From the human T2T-CHM13v2.0 reference genome, Homo sapiens: 64,000 bases of DNA. Shown in pieces: positions 28,351-43,619 of the stretch. Position numbers and translations under genes: made by a program. Where the stretch lies: NCBI RefSeq assembly GCF_009914755.1, contig NC_060940.1; one strand, 5' to 3'. The first letter of the stretch is position 1, and each line of letters opens with the position of its first letter. The notes under the pieces are model-generated. The model saw nothing but the letters and a program-made list of their open reading frames with translations. It searched no databases and was not told where the DNA came from.

Positions 28351-29769
28351 GGACTGGAGACCACAGGTGCCATTACAGAAGGAAGCAGACCTGGAGGCAA
28401 GGCAGGCAGGAATGACAGATACTGACCACAATGATGATGTCTTTGGAGCTCACAGTCTAGAGGAAGACAGAAGAAAACAATGCCCTCGTTAATTCATAAT
28501 TACTCACCTAAGAACACCCTAGTAATGGGGGGAAAAAAAGAGGGTAGGACCCAAGAAGGGGCAGCAACTGACCTTCTCTGGAGGAGTCACAGGGGTACTT
28601 GCAGAGGTGGTGACATTTGCATTGGACCTTGTAGGGAAATAAAAGGTGGGATGAGGGCACCCCAGGCAAAGGCGGGAGATGGGAAGTGGGTGGAATCTAG
28701 CTTTGCTGAGTGGTTGAATGGGGACAGCACAGGAGAGTGGGCAGAAAAAGACTCTCAAGCTTCCCAAGCCCCACCTGCCTGTGGGGGACCTACTCCCAGG
28801 CCCTCCTCTGCTTCCTGCCCCCACAACTCAAGATCTCTGGCTGCCAAGGGAGAATGGGCCTGGTTTCTCTGCAACCAGGACCCATCTTCCCCAGTGAACT
28901 GGCCCTCTAGGAGGACAAGTTATGGGCCCTGCCCTTCTGGGAGAAAGGCCTGACTCCTGCTGGGCCCTGCCACCCACCCCAGCTGAGAGTCAGGGGACAG
29001 GGGAGTGGAGCTCTCTGTTTCCCGGAGTCACTGGGTCTTGGCCAGCCCCACCATTCCGTGCCCCTTTCTGGGATTGGTAACAGCCAGTCAGGGTCCTGCC
29101 ATTGCACTTGGCCATTCCTGAGCTCCCCCAATCCCCTGCTACAACACACACACAAATTCCTACCCGCTCCAGGCCAGCTGGGATCAGCTTCAGCAGGGCC
29201 GGCTCGAGCCACTTTGCTTAAGGCATCAGCCTCCCCAGGGTGCATTAGGCAGGCTTCACTGGCCAGAGAAGGACCACCTTGTAGGGAAACGGGCTCCAGG
29301 GGTTCAAATCCCCAAAGGGAAGGGGCTGCCTGGCCCCAGCTGTAGAAACAACAAAGGAGTGCAGCACACAGTGGCCCCTCCCTCCTCACCCATGCAGGCA
29401 GTGATGCCACGCTGCATCCTAAATGTTCAAGGCCAGAGTCACGTGCATGCCTCCCATGGGCAGGGCTCAGTACCCAGGACCTCAGGCCCCCTCCCCACAG
29501 GGCCCCAGCAGTGGAGAGGCTGCCACCCTGGACCCAGGCAGGAGGGGAGGAGCAGCTGCCCACTCCCGGCATGCACCCTCTGGGCCCCGCACTGAACACC
29601 AGCCTGCTAGCATCCCCCAAACCAACCCGAATCCAAGATAAAATTCCCCCTGGCCCCCAAGCTCAGGAGGGCAGTCTGTGTCCCAGAGCCTTCAAAAGCT
29701 CCAGAAAAGTGAAACCTCTGCTTGAACAGCTCCCAGCCCTGCAGCAGAGAAAAGGGGAGAAATCACACC

Positions 29770-30300
29770 AATAATCACCACTGGCAGCGTTTGCCTCTGA
29801 GCTACAAAATGTTTTCACTTATTTTCCACCATCAGATGCCCACTGCAACTCTGCAAAAGGAAAGATTTTATCCTTATTTTACTGATGGGGAAGCTGATGC
29901 CCAGAGAAGGGAAGGGACCTGTCCAAGTGCACAGTTAGGAAGCTACCGAGCCAGCATTAAGCCAGGCATTTTGATGATAAACCTGGGTCCTCTTTAAATC
30001 ACTCATTTACTCAAGCATTCAGTCAACTTGCAGCAAACATGCACTGAGCTCTTCCCACAGGACAAGGGATGGGCTCACCACCCCACTGCAATGATGAGCA
30101 AAGACAGACATGGTTCCATAAGTTTACAGCTTAGTTGGGGAAACAGTCCTTAAATAAGCCTTTAAAAATATGTAATTGCAAGTGAAAGAGCACTGTGAAG
30201 AAAAGAATGATTTAAGTCATTAAAAAAAAATCAGAGGAGGAGTGACTTCCCCCAAAGGGTAACCAGAAAAGAGTATTCTGAGGAGGTACTTTGAAACCAT
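29770..30300. mobile_element. MIR followed by an L2 fragment
   Basis: TTATTTTACTGATGGGGAAGCTGATGCCCAGAGAAGG (MIR); ACTCATTTACTCAAGCATTCAG... (L2 end). Confidence 0.65.
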
Positions 30301-32249
30301 ATCAAGGCACAGCAGAAATGAGTATCAGGATTGATTAATAATGTCTGCCATGGTCACTGGATTCAGAAGTGGTGGCATGCATGCCAGATACTTGTTTATC
30401 TGGTTTATGCCCTCACTAGGATCCTTGATATCCAAAAAGAACTAGACATAATTTTAATTCTCCTGGAATTCACCATGATGTAGAGTAGATAAACATTAGA
30501 GAAGAAGTCATAATACAAAACAGCTCATTGGCTTCATTAATAGAAAAATCAAGGAAGTAAAATACAGCCAGTGAGGGAGTAACTGGTACCCAATAGGGTG
30601 ATGCTAGCAAGGCTTGGAGGACTCTTTCCATGGGACATGGGAGCTTGTTGAAAAGAAGGCCCTCCTTTTAAAGAGGAGAAGGCACTTAGCACCAGAGGAT
30701 GTTGAGACATTTCTGTCTATGGCCTAAGTTGGGGAGACAGCTGGCTCCTGCTCTGACCTCCTCTACATTCCTAAGAATTCCAGGTACAGTCCCTGCCTGG
30801 AGATACTTCTCCACCAGCACTCAGAGCACCAGCCTCGCCTCAGACCCACCATGAGAACTGACCTTCTTCCATCAGTCCCCCTAGGCTCAGCATCCCATTA
30901 AGTGTCCCATCAAGGCAGCTTATGGCTCCTTTTGCCACTGCTGTAGGGCAGCCTGCTCAAAACCCACCAGATGTAAAACAGCAACCTTGAGAAGCAATTG
31001 TTAGGTCTATCGAAATATTCAGAGCAGCCTGCACTTAAACTGTCGTTGCACTTATTCTGACTGTAATCAGTCATTTCTGTGGCTCTTAATTCATTGTCTG
31101 TAAGTCCCAAGACAATGGACTGGGTATAGGATACTCACCCCCAGATTCCCAGTGCCTGGCACACAGTGAGTGGGCCACTCAACAATTTTATTGAATGAAT
31201 GAACTATTCTAGAAAAAAAAAAAGAGTTGGGACAACATAGAGAGGCTGATAGTTTGGGTCTTGCCCCAGGGGATAAGCAGGCCTCCAGGTTTCAGGGTGG
31301 TCAGCAGAGGGTGACAGCACTATGGTGGCAGTTTCTCTTGAGTTCTGCTCCTGAGCCTCAAGGATGGAAGATCTCCAAGAGAGGGTGGTGAACCATATCA
31401 TGTGCACCCTCTGGTCCACAGCCTGGCCACTTCATGCTGTTTGGAAGAGGCCATTACTTTCTTATTGTGCCCACTCTGTTGGTCTTGTGCCATCTGCTGG
31501 CACCTACCAGGCAGAACCCTTGTTTTGAAAGAGTTAAAAAGTCCTCTTGGGAGAGTAGACTAGAAAGACAGTCAATGAGATGGATCAAAGGAACATAGAA
31601 TTGGAACTTACAAGAGCTCAGTGAAGATGGGCTCAGAAGGCTCCTGGGAGTCAGGTTGTCCAGGATGAGCAGACCTCAGACAAGTAGACAGGAGAATCTT
31701 TGGATAAGGGGACCTCCATGGAGGAGGAAAGAATAATATGGGATCAGGGAGAAGATTGGTCCGGTGGGAGTAGGGTCTTGGGGAGGTGTGAGGACTGGGA
31801 AGAGAAGGCAAGGTAGAGCTAGCTCATGGCAGCCCTTGGCTCCTGGCTGAGAAGTTCAAAGTTGAGCCTGTGGGCACCAGGACGCAACCATGAACCTTCA
31901 AGAAAAGACGGTCTGAGCTGATTGTCTGGGGCTTTTGGGGGGTGATGGGCAGAAAACATATCTGTGCCTCCATGGCAGCCAGATTTTGTAGAAAAGGGGA
32001 GAAAGGCCCCAGGGAGCCAGCCATGGATGACTTCTGTAGACCTTGGTTTTCAGAACATGCCCCATCAAAGCAGTCGGTCATCTTGTTAGTTCTCCAAACA
32101 GCACATCTTCCCTAGATCAAGACTCCAGTGGAAACACAATGGTCACAAAAGTGGTTTTTGTGTCTTGGTTTTCTGGGTCTCCCACTCCCCCCTCCCTCCA
32201 ATATCTATTCTCCATTATTGGCCAGACAAAGCTCATCCCAAGATCCCTG

Positions 32250-32960
32250 CGTCTCCGTTGTAGCGAACATCTGTCCTTTCTCACCTGCGCATTTACCCAT
32301 CTGCGTCTCCACGAAATCTTTCATCCCATCGACAATGTAAGGATTCAAAGTAAGGAGGTTCACGTTGTCAAAGAAGCCTTGATCTGAATGCCTTCCCCCC
32401 ACTTTCTCCTTAAATGAGTTGTTAACAGGAACCCAAGTGTCTGTTGAACCTAAAATACTTTTTTTTTAAAAAATAACATTTCAAGGTAACTTACGGGCGC
32501 ACTTTAAGAAGCGAGGACTCAGCGTGTCCCTGGCGGCTTCCTCCTTGAAGCTCTGGTCTTCAGGGCTGTGGGAGGCATCCAATCAGACAGGCCGCCGCTG
32601 AGGGCCAGGGGAGGAGGGCTGCCGGGGTTTTATTTCAGATTCGAGCTAAGACCATGAAATGGAAGGCAGGAGGAAAAGTGAGTGAGTGTGTGTGTGTGTG
32701 TGTGTGTGCGTGTTTCTGTGTGCGTACGGCCAGAATAATGAGTCGCACTAATTCATAGAATTCCATTTTGGCCATCACACACGGCTCCCTTTTCTCTTGA
32801 AGGCCACTTTGAAAAATCCCGTTTTCATAAGTCATTTACTTCCCCTAGGAGGGCAGGCCTTCTAAAAATATTCCCCACTTCTTACACCTCAGAAGCAAAT
32901 TATTTATGTTAAAGCAGCTTCGTTATCTGGGCCCCACCGGGCCAGCTTGGAAATGGAGGT
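32250..32960. promoter_or_regulatory. Candidate enhancer/promoter-like non-repeat island
   Basis: No recognisable repeat; elevated CpG; CCAATCAG (32579-32586), GC-rich tract, CCATTTT YY1-like core (~32763), TAAT motifs. Confidence 0.45.
32686..32708. repeat. (TG)n microsatellite
   Basis: About 11-12 TG units. Confidence 0.95.
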
Positions 32961-33569
32961 GACTTCCAGAAGGCACCATTGTCAACGGTAAAGTCCTAGG
33001 AGGGACCCATTGCCGGTGAGGTGAGGCTTTCTGCCAGGCCCATGGGGCCCAAAGAGCACTTGCGGGTCCATAAGGGGAAGCTCTCTTCTATTTTTCTACA
33101 AATATTTACCTACGAGGCACTGCCCTAGACCGTGAGTAACCACCGAGCAGACAAGGCTGCTCTCACAGAGCTTGCATTTCAGTTAGGGGAGACCGACGCT
33201 TGATAAAAATGCAAATAAATATACTGAGAGTGTGAGGGCAAAATGATGGGAGAGGCCTCCAAAGGATGCACTGGACATTCTGCAGGGTGAGCAGTCAGGG
33301 CCCTTTGCAGCCACACCTAGATAACAAGGAGGATGCCCTACAAAGATGGAGGAAGTTGTGTTTTCCAACTAGAGGGCACCGCTCAGGGCAGAGGCCCAGA
33401 GGCGAGAGGAGCTGGGTAGCCCAAAGGAGCACGAGCGGCCTGTGTGGCCAGAGCAGAGGGAGCAGGTTGGGCTGCAGAGGGAGGGGAGGCCAGAGGGCCC
33501 AGGAACAGAACCACGAGCCTTGAGCCCAGGGATGAGAGAGGGGAGTTTTTGTGTGCCTATTTGCTCTCC

Positions 33570-35236
<1,667 letters not shown>

Positions 35237-35251
35237 TTAAAACAGAGGAAT

Positions 35252-35578
35252 GACCAGGCACAGTGTCACATGCCTATAATCTCAGCTCTCTGGGAGGCTG
35301 AGGCAGTAGGATCACTTGTGCCCAGGAGTTTGAGACCAGACTGGGCAACACAGTGAGACCCCATTTCTATAGAAAGCACAATTTGAAAAAAACAGCTGGA
35401 TGTAATGGCACACACCTGTAGTTTCAGCCACTTGGAAGGCTAAGGTAGGAAGATGGTTTGAGCCCAGGAGGTTGAAGCTGCAGTGAGCTATTATTGAACA
35501 ACTGCACTCCAGCCTGGGCAACAGAGCAATACATTATCTCTAAAAAAAATAAAATAAAATGAAATAAAATAAATAAAA
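35252..35578 (+). mobile_element. AluJ
   Basis: Diverged dimer with (TAAAA)n tail. Confidence 0.88.
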
Positions 35579-36829
35579 CAGAAGAGTGAGAGGTTCAGCT
35601 TGGCATTTCTTACAGCTCATCAGGGCCACCATATGGAGAGAAACAAGGCAGGGAACAGAGAGACTTAGCAGGAGAGAACCATGGGCTCACCAGAGCCACC
35701 ATCTGTAGAGAACCCAGGGGTGGCAGGGGAAGGGAGAAAAGTAGACACTGAGGGCTATGCTGATGTTACTAAGGCCAGAGACACAAGAATACCCAATCAC
35801 TTCCCTGTCAATTACCACCAGCTCTCCACTCTGCCAGGAGAGCTGCGCACAGGGCCAAAGAGCAGGGTGCCTCAAAACCCACTCCCTCTTGGGCATGGGG
35901 AGGAAGGCAGAGCGCAGAACCCGTGGGGTAGTTGAGGCTTCACTGATCCTCTCAGATGCCTTCCTGGAGGAGGCGGCAGTGAAGGGGAGACAGGCAAGTC
36001 TCTCAGAGCAACCAGAAGACCATAGCCACCACCTCAAGTCTTCAGGAATCCCAGGGGCTGGGCTTTCTGTGGTCTCAACCGTGTGAGTTTCAAGGCAAGG
36101 GTGAGCCATCCTAGGATGGCTGCCATGGCTGGCAGTGAGGAGCGGGGAACTTGGAGACCCCGAAGGGCCTTCCAGTCCTAAAGTCCGGGGATTCCCCTGA
36201 GTCTGGGGGTCAAAGGATCTGGGAGAATGGATTTGAACAGCGACTCTCACTGCTAGGGAAGGGGCTCCATGGTCACCCGCCTTCCACATGCCAGAGACAG
36301 ACCTGAGAAGGGAAGGAGCCCAAGCCAGTGGCTCACACAACCCCAAAACCCTCCTGGCTGAGGTTTTTCACACCCAAGATCACTGTGGTGGCAGTATTTG
36401 CCATGCTGTTCTTCTAGGACTCCTGGGGAGAAGCCTACTGTTTATTGATAAGGATAGAAATGATGCACAGAGAGCCCAGACATGCCGCTACCCCTTATGG
36501 GCATCCTTTTCCTAGCCCCATTTTACAGATAAGGGACAGGCTTAGAGCAGTGATGGAAGCTGACGATAGCTTCAAAAAGTGAAGCTCTCTGGTGCCAGGG
36601 GCTGAGCTCTTGGCTTCCTCAGTGTGGCACAGTGCCAAGATGGCATTTGGTGTCGGGGGATGCATGGAGCCACTGTGGCCACCCTGTGAACTAAGACCAC
36701 CAACTGGCACCTTCACAGAGCCAGCAAAGAGCTGGGGCCCCTCTCAGATGGTCTCCACGCCAGAGGCCCCGGGCCCCCATCACGGGCCCCGGCTCTCATC
36801 ATGCCTGCCCAACACCCCATGCAGGCGGG

Positions 36830-37060
36830 CATCTTGGCTGGGAGTCATTGTCTCTAACAAGTTAATTGTGATGGTGGAGTGCGCCTCCCCCTCTCCCGCT
36901 TCCCGGCGCCCGATCAAAGCATTCCCATAATGACAGGAGACCATGAAAGGAAACTTGTAGGTGGTTAAATGCGGTTTCTTGCCTGTGCAAGGCAGCAGGG
37001 AGGGGAAGGACTGTTTTGTTTAAGGAAAGCTGCCACGCCACTTTGATGTGAGGTTCGTTC
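36830..37060. promoter_or_regulatory. Candidate SOX/TCF/homeodomain enhancer
   Basis: CATTGTC 36846, TTAATTG 36862, GATCAAAG 36912, TGACAG 36931, CTTTGAT 37041. Confidence 0.45.
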
Positions 37061-37324
37061 TCTCACAGAGAAGATGCTAGTGAATGAAGCCAGCACCAGG
37101 GCGGGTGGAAGCTCAGAGCCTCACCTTCCATGGCAGACAGAGGTAACAGGCAGAGACAAGGTGGCAGAGCCGGGCCAGGGTGAGTGTGGGCAGCCTGCTC
37201 ACTCTTCCTCCAAGAAGCACCATAGACATTGTCTGGAGTGAGGCTCAGGGCTGGCCACTCAGCTCAAAAACTTGCAGCAGCTCCCCATCCACAAATGGGT
37301 TTTCAAACTCCCAAGCAGCCAATA

Positions 37325-37700
37325 TATTACAGCCATTAGAACTCCTTTGGTTGCAAGTGACAAAAACCACAACCCAAAGTGCGTAAGCAAGGAGGGAAAT
37401 GTGTTAGCTCTTGTTAACTGACAGGTCCATGGCCAGCCTGACATCAGATAAGCTTGATCCAGGAGCTGGATGGATCAGCTCAGCTCTCCTTCCTTTGCAG
37501 GCTCTCTTCTCTGACAAGTTCTCCCCTCGGATAGTAGAGGGGCTGTGCCACCCTGAATTTACACCTTTCTGGCTTCAAGCCCAGAAAGAGGGAGCCAGAA
37601 TGCTGCTTCCTGGTCATACAAATGCCCCTTGACTTGCTCTGACTGGCTAGGCTTGGATGACAAGGCCTCCTCCACATTGATCACTTTGGCCAGAGCCGTG
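37325..37700. mobile_element. MLT1J/K-like LTR
   Basis: CTCCTTTGGTTGCAAGTGACAAAAACCACAACCCAAA...CTCTGACTGGCTAGGCTTGG...ATCACTTTGGCCAG. Confidence 0.65.
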
Positions 37701-38084
37701 GAAGGCATCTAAGAATTAGAGTAGGGAGATGATCTTGGAACTGCTAATCTAGTGCTCCTCCTGGGATGCCACACAGCCCTAGCCATGCCTAACTCTGCTC
37801 TTACTGTGACACCAGGGAGCAGCATCACCTGCTGTTCAATCACAAACCACTGTATGCTTAGGAAAACATTGTTTTCCACGGGGTCAGGCAGGAGTTCTTT
37901 TATTTGTCCTCAACAGTCCTCTTTCCAGCCCCCACGGGAAAGGCACAGACACTGGCTGCTTCATGTCCAAGGCATAAAACTGGCTGCTTTTATGCTGTCA
38001 GCCTTCCAAGCCCCTGTAGGGTTGGCCCCCACGGGCTGAGTCTCCCCTGTAACTTAGCCCAGATGATAGACAACCAGTGATTAA

Positions 38085-39560
38085 TAGCTCAGGTTCTAGA
38101 GTCAAGTCTTGATTCTACCAAGAAAAGTTATTTCACCTCCAGAAAGCTTAGCTTCTCCATGTTCAAAATGGTGATAATAAAAATACCTAATTTATAGCAT
38201 CATCAGGAGAATTCAGTAAGGTCATGCATGCAAAGTGCTTAGCCCAGTGTCAGCATGTCTATTGTGCGTTTGATTCTGTGCTAAGTGCATTTCATGCACT
38301 AGTCACTCACTCTTCAATGAGTTCCACAAATATACGTTTTTAATTCTTTAATATGGAAATATTCACACCTACCAAAGGTAAGAGAATAATAGAATTAACC
38401 CAAGTGTACTCATAACTTTCATCATTATCAACATTTGGCCATTGCTGTTTTGTCTCCTCTCACCCCCATCATACTTTTTTCTTAAACTGGACTATTTTAA
38501 AGAAAATTCCATTGGCTGGGCACAGTGGCTCATGCCTGTAATCCCAGCATTTTGGGAGGCCAAGACAGGAGGATCACTTGAGTCCAGGAGTTCAAGACCA
38601 GCTTAGGCAACATAGAGAGACTATCTCAACAACAACAACAACAAAATTTAAAAAGGAAAGAAAATCCCAGACATGCCATTTTACCCGTAAATACTGCAGC
38701 TTGTAACAAACAGCGAAGGCTTCTTCTTTCATCCTAACCTGAATGCCGTTATCACACTGAACCAAATTATTAATTTCTTCACATTATCTAACACCTAGTT
38801 CTTATTTGATTCTTCTCAATTCTCTCCAAAATGTCTTCTTATAGTTAGCAAATATTTTGGGGTTCCAACTATGAGCAAGGCTCTCTAGCAGGCGCCTGTA
38901 GGAGCGGCAAACAAGAGACAGAGTCCCTGTGCTCGTGGGGTGCCCCTGGCAGTCGGCAAGGAAGATCACACACAAGAACGTAAATAAACACTGTCATTTC
39001 AGAGACCATTAGGATCAGGAAGAAAACTAAAGCAAGGTGGAGGGTGGAGAGATGTGAGGAGTCATTCCAAGCAGATCGGTCCAAGAGGCCTCTCTGGGAG
39101 ATGATGTTGGGCCCAGAACTAATTGATGAGAAGGAGCGAGGCATGAGGCACAGGCAGGGAAGGTGCTCCAGGCAGAACGAGCACAAGGGCACTGCTCAGG
39201 CATAGGCTTAGTGAGCACTTGGAAAACGTGGCTGGAGGGGCTGTGAACGTGGGTGGGGAAGGGGTAGGAGGGAGAGGGCCAGATCACTGAGGACTCTATA
39301 AGCTGCTGCAAGGAGCTGAATGAGATGGGAATCACAAGATTCACAACAGAGAAGCAGTGTGATTGGACAGAGGCAGGGTGAGTCTGTCAAGAGTCCTGTA
39401 TGGGGCAGATGACATTTTTGATGCATATTAAGCATTCAGGATGAGCTATCAAGCACATTTCTAATTCACACAACAGCCCTTGAGAAATATGGATCATGAG
39501 CCCATTTCATGGGCGAGAAAACATGGGCTCTGGGGGTGAAGGCCACGGTCTCTCAGCAAG
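38085..39560. mobile_element. MIR / L1ME / Alu monomer (38514-38655) / L2 / MIR mosaic
   Basis: MIR (AAAATGGTGATAATAAAAATACCT..AAAGTGCTTAGC), L1ME-like AT-rich segment, Alu left arm, then purine-rich L2. Confidence 0.65.
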
Positions 39561-40289
39561 CTCGTGGTGGGGATGGGCCCTCACCCTCATCACAGTGCTC
39601 TGCGGGCTGCTGATGGTTTGGGGGAAAGGTAGCAGAACAGACGAGGAGCCCAATCCATAGGTGGAAAGATGGAGGCTTGGAGGGCTTGGGTCAAGGCCAC
39701 ATGGGCCAGCAGCAGCAGAGACCATGTCTGCTGCCTCCATCAGCACCATTTGGAATGGCTGGGTTTGCCCACTGAGTGTGTCTACAGGGAGAGGCGCCGA
39801 CAGTCCAGGCATCGATTCCATTTTCTGGAAAGCCAACCTGGCCACAAGAGTGGGTGTGCACCTGGGTTTGTTCCTATCGATCCTTGGATTTCAGGAAGCT
39901 GCTCTTCACTCCAGATGGATTTGCCAAAGGCAAGGAGAATGCCTCAGGAGGCCTGGACTCTTAGGAGCAGTGGCTGCTATTCAGGAGGATGTCCATGGCA
40001 GTGCCCTGGGTCACATGCTAAGGATGGGAAGGAGCAGCCTGGGAAGCCCTGACAGGGAGGGCCAGCTGGAGAGGCAAGGTTCAGGAGGGAGGCGAGGTTT
40101 GCCATGAGAAGTGGAATTCAACTCTGGGTTACTCCGAATCAGAGCACCTCGCCTGGAGCCTTCACCTGGGTCTTGGACAGATGATATCAGACCTTCGAGA
40201 TGAAACATCAGATTTGTTCCCCAATCTCCTAACAGCTCTTAACACGATACTATGACCCACATTTCAATATGAGGAAACCGAGGCTCAGA

Positions 40290-40710
40290 TTCATGGAGTC
40301 TGTGAACTAGGATATTAAAAAAAAGGTGACATCTTTATTTTCACCCACCTCTAACTAAAATTTACTATTCCCTTAAATTACAAATTTAGTAACAAATTAA
40401 AATAGTCTGATCAGTGCCTTCCACTTCATCACCGCAAGAAAGCACAGACATTTTCCTCATCATCCCACAGTGTTGCAGATACCTCTAGACAGAACTTATG
40501 CTTATCACTGCTGCAAAATGATAGTCACTTGACACGAGGTAAGGTGCTAACAAGGAAACATATTCCTACTTCACGATTTAAAAAATATTTTAAAAACTGT
40601 GCTTCCATATAATTGGCTTCCTTTACAATGCCATATCTTTTATTTTATGCATTTCAAAGCATTGTTCTGAGACTGCTAAGTGTTCCATGGCACAATAAAG
40701 GTTAAGACCT
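40290..40710. mobile_element. hAT-Charlie-type DNA transposon remnant
   Basis: ACATCTTTATTTTCACCCACCTCTAACTAAAATTTA...TTTTATTTTATGCATTTCAAAGCATTGTTCTGAG...CCATGGCACAATAAAGGTTAAGA. Confidence 0.55.
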
Positions 40711-41155
40711 CCATCCCCCATGATGAGTGAATGCAGTGCCCGGTGCAAAGTAGGGACCCAAGGATAGTTCACCCATCATCCTTCACAAGGTGACAGAGAC
40801 AGATGGTGGCTCAGTGCAAGAATAACCCGATTGCTCCTCTTCTGGAGGACCCTGGAGAGCTCCAGAGGAGACTCACCGAGCCTTGCAGATCAACCTGAGC
40901 CTCTGCTCCCTCTGCTAGCACTCCCTTGCCACTCAGGGCTCTGCCTGGGGTCTGCTCACACCACAGTCCCACCTCCCAGCTCAGTGCAGACCACCACTCG
41001 GTGCTGAGCTCCCAGCAGAGCCCAAGCCCTGAGGCAGCCCCCCGGACCTCCCTGTACCCCCTACCTTGTCTCCCTGCTTCTGTTCTGCCTCCCCTAGCCC
41101 CACCCCACCTTCAAAGCCACCTACCACATTACAGCGTAGTGAGGTTTTAAAAACA

Positions 41156-41409
41156 TCCCAGCACTCTGGGAGGCCAAGGCGGGCAGATCACTTGAGGTCA
41201 GGAGTTCGAGACCAGCCTGGCCAACATGGTGAAACCTCATCTCTGCTAAAAATATAAAATTAGCCAGAAGTGGTGGTGCGTGCCTGTAATCCCAGCTACT
41301 CAGGAGGCTGAGGCAGGAGAATCGTTTGAACCTGGGAGGCGGAAGTTGTAGTGAGCCAAGATCACTCCAGCCTGGGTGAAAGAGGGAGACTCTGTCTAAA
41401 AAAAAAAAA
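41156..41409 (+). mobile_element. AluSx-like, slightly 5'-truncated
   Basis: Starts at ATCCCAGCACT; dimer with poly(A) tail. Confidence 0.9.
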
Positions 41410-41794
41410 GTCCTGTCTCATATGTCCGCACTCCACTTTCAATGCTCCATCACTGTCCTTGCTCTTAGGATAAAGACCTAAATCCTCAGTCTGCTCCATA
41501 AGCCCCTGCCTCATCCCACACCCATGCCCCTCTCACTCCCACTCCCTCTATTTTCTGTTCCTCAGATGTACCCCCAGTCCCTCCCAAGTCGGTACCTCGC
41601 AGGTGCTGTTCCCTCTGCCTAGAATGCTGTTCCCCTTTCTCCTCACCTCCTTAACCCTTGCTGCTGCCTCACTGGGCCAGCTTCTTCTAACATGTGCTGT
41701 CATGGCTTCAGGGACCTTCCATCAGAGCACTTGCTGTGGCTACATTTTACACATTTTATTTAGACATATTTATAATATGTAATTCTGGTCTCAG

Positions 41795-42140
41795 TGTGTA
41801 TTAGTCAGCTTTAGCTAAGATATGCTTAGATAACAAACCAGCCCCAAACCTCACCAACTGACAACAATAAGGATTTACTTCCTGCTCTGGCCACACATCA
41901 TCCCTGACTTTATTCTGCATGTCATTTTCCTTCCAGGATCAAGGCTGAAGTAGCATCTCCACTCGGGACATGCATTTCCCATGGCAGAGAGAACACAGCA
42001 ATGGCAGGACCACGCGATGGTCCTTCTGTTCACAGTGGCCACACCTTCCATTGGTAAAGCAAGATCCATGGCCTGGCCAGAGGGTAGTGTAGAAGCCTCA
42101 ACCTCCTGCAGTGTGAGACACTGCAAATTCCAAGCAAAGT
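41795..42140. mobile_element. MLT1-family LTR, preceded by L2 (41410-41790)
   Basis: TGTATTAGTCAGCTTTAGCTAAG..TAACAAACCAGCCCCAAACCTC...CCATTGGTAAAGCAAG. Confidence 0.6.
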
Positions 42141-43103
42141 CCCAGTGGGCAAAGGTCTTCTGATCTCCTTCCTGGAGGCAGCCAATAATCGGGGACAGAG
42201 GACAGCCTGGCACATCTCACTCAACAACTGTGTGCTCCTTAGGGCAAGATTGAGACTGCGTTTCCTCATCATCGAATCCTACAGGATGTGTGAATGGGTG
42301 GCAGGCAAAGGAAAGAAAATCATGGAGGATGAATTCCAAGTTTTGTATCCACTGAGGACAGGGGCCCAGCCCAGGTCGTCAGGGGTGAGGAAGGGAACAC
42401 ACGGGGACAGCTACACTAATTTGTGGTCTCCTGGCAGCCGCCATATAGACCTGAAGAAAACTGGGGTTCTGGAAGGAAAGGGGCAGAGAGAAGCAGTGAA
42501 GAGATGAAGTAGCCACCACTGCACCAGCACGTCCTGAGCTTTTTGCTCAGAGCATCCCATAGCACTTGTTATCCCTTGTCTGGCTAAATGTGTGCAAGCT
42601 CCCTTTCCTCCCCTTCACTCTGGGCTTTCCCTTCTATTTCTGTTCTGTTAAAATTATCCAAGACTTCCTGCGTTGTTGGCTGACCCATATCCTTTTAGGA
42701 ATGTAATGGAATCTTTTATTTTTTTTTAACCAAACTTATAACAGAGGGAATGGAATTTCTAACCTGATTTTACTTAGAGAGAAACTGACAGTCAGAACTT
42801 ATGAAGTGACTTTGTCAACCTGTCATATCAAGTAGGAGTGCTCAGAGCTCAGTGTTCCTTCTGTGGCTCTGTCCTGGTCAGGGGGACGCACCTTCGCTCC
42901 ACCCCGCTACGTCCCGCTGGAAGCCGAATTCAGCTGGTGTGGCCAGGGTCTGACTCAGGGCCACATGTCCCAAGTTCTCACTACTACTTTGGGGTCCCAA
43001 AGTATCTGGGAGTGGGAAGAACCAGCCACTGTCCCCTTCCCCACTTCCACCACCAGATTAATCCTCTTGCCACAACACAAAATCAGAACCAACACCTGGC
43101 TTA

Positions 43104-43470
<367 letters not shown>

Positions 43471-43619
43471 AAGTAAAAGTCAGTGGAGAAATCTGATCTC
43501 AAATTTTCTGTGATTCTGGAAGCTGTCATATCTTTGGCCACACACTGACCTGGGAGGCGAATGGGGATGGGGTGGGGCAATAGGAGGGTGATGCTTTGGA
43601 CTAGATTAGACAGAAGGGC

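Noticed and set aside
28907-29620. 237-aa GC-rich ORF; likewise 35687-36346, 58415-59008, 62853-63581 and 53436-53966
   Set aside because: No recognisable domain, composition typical of stop-poor GC-rich or microsatellite DNA, and no coherent exon structure.
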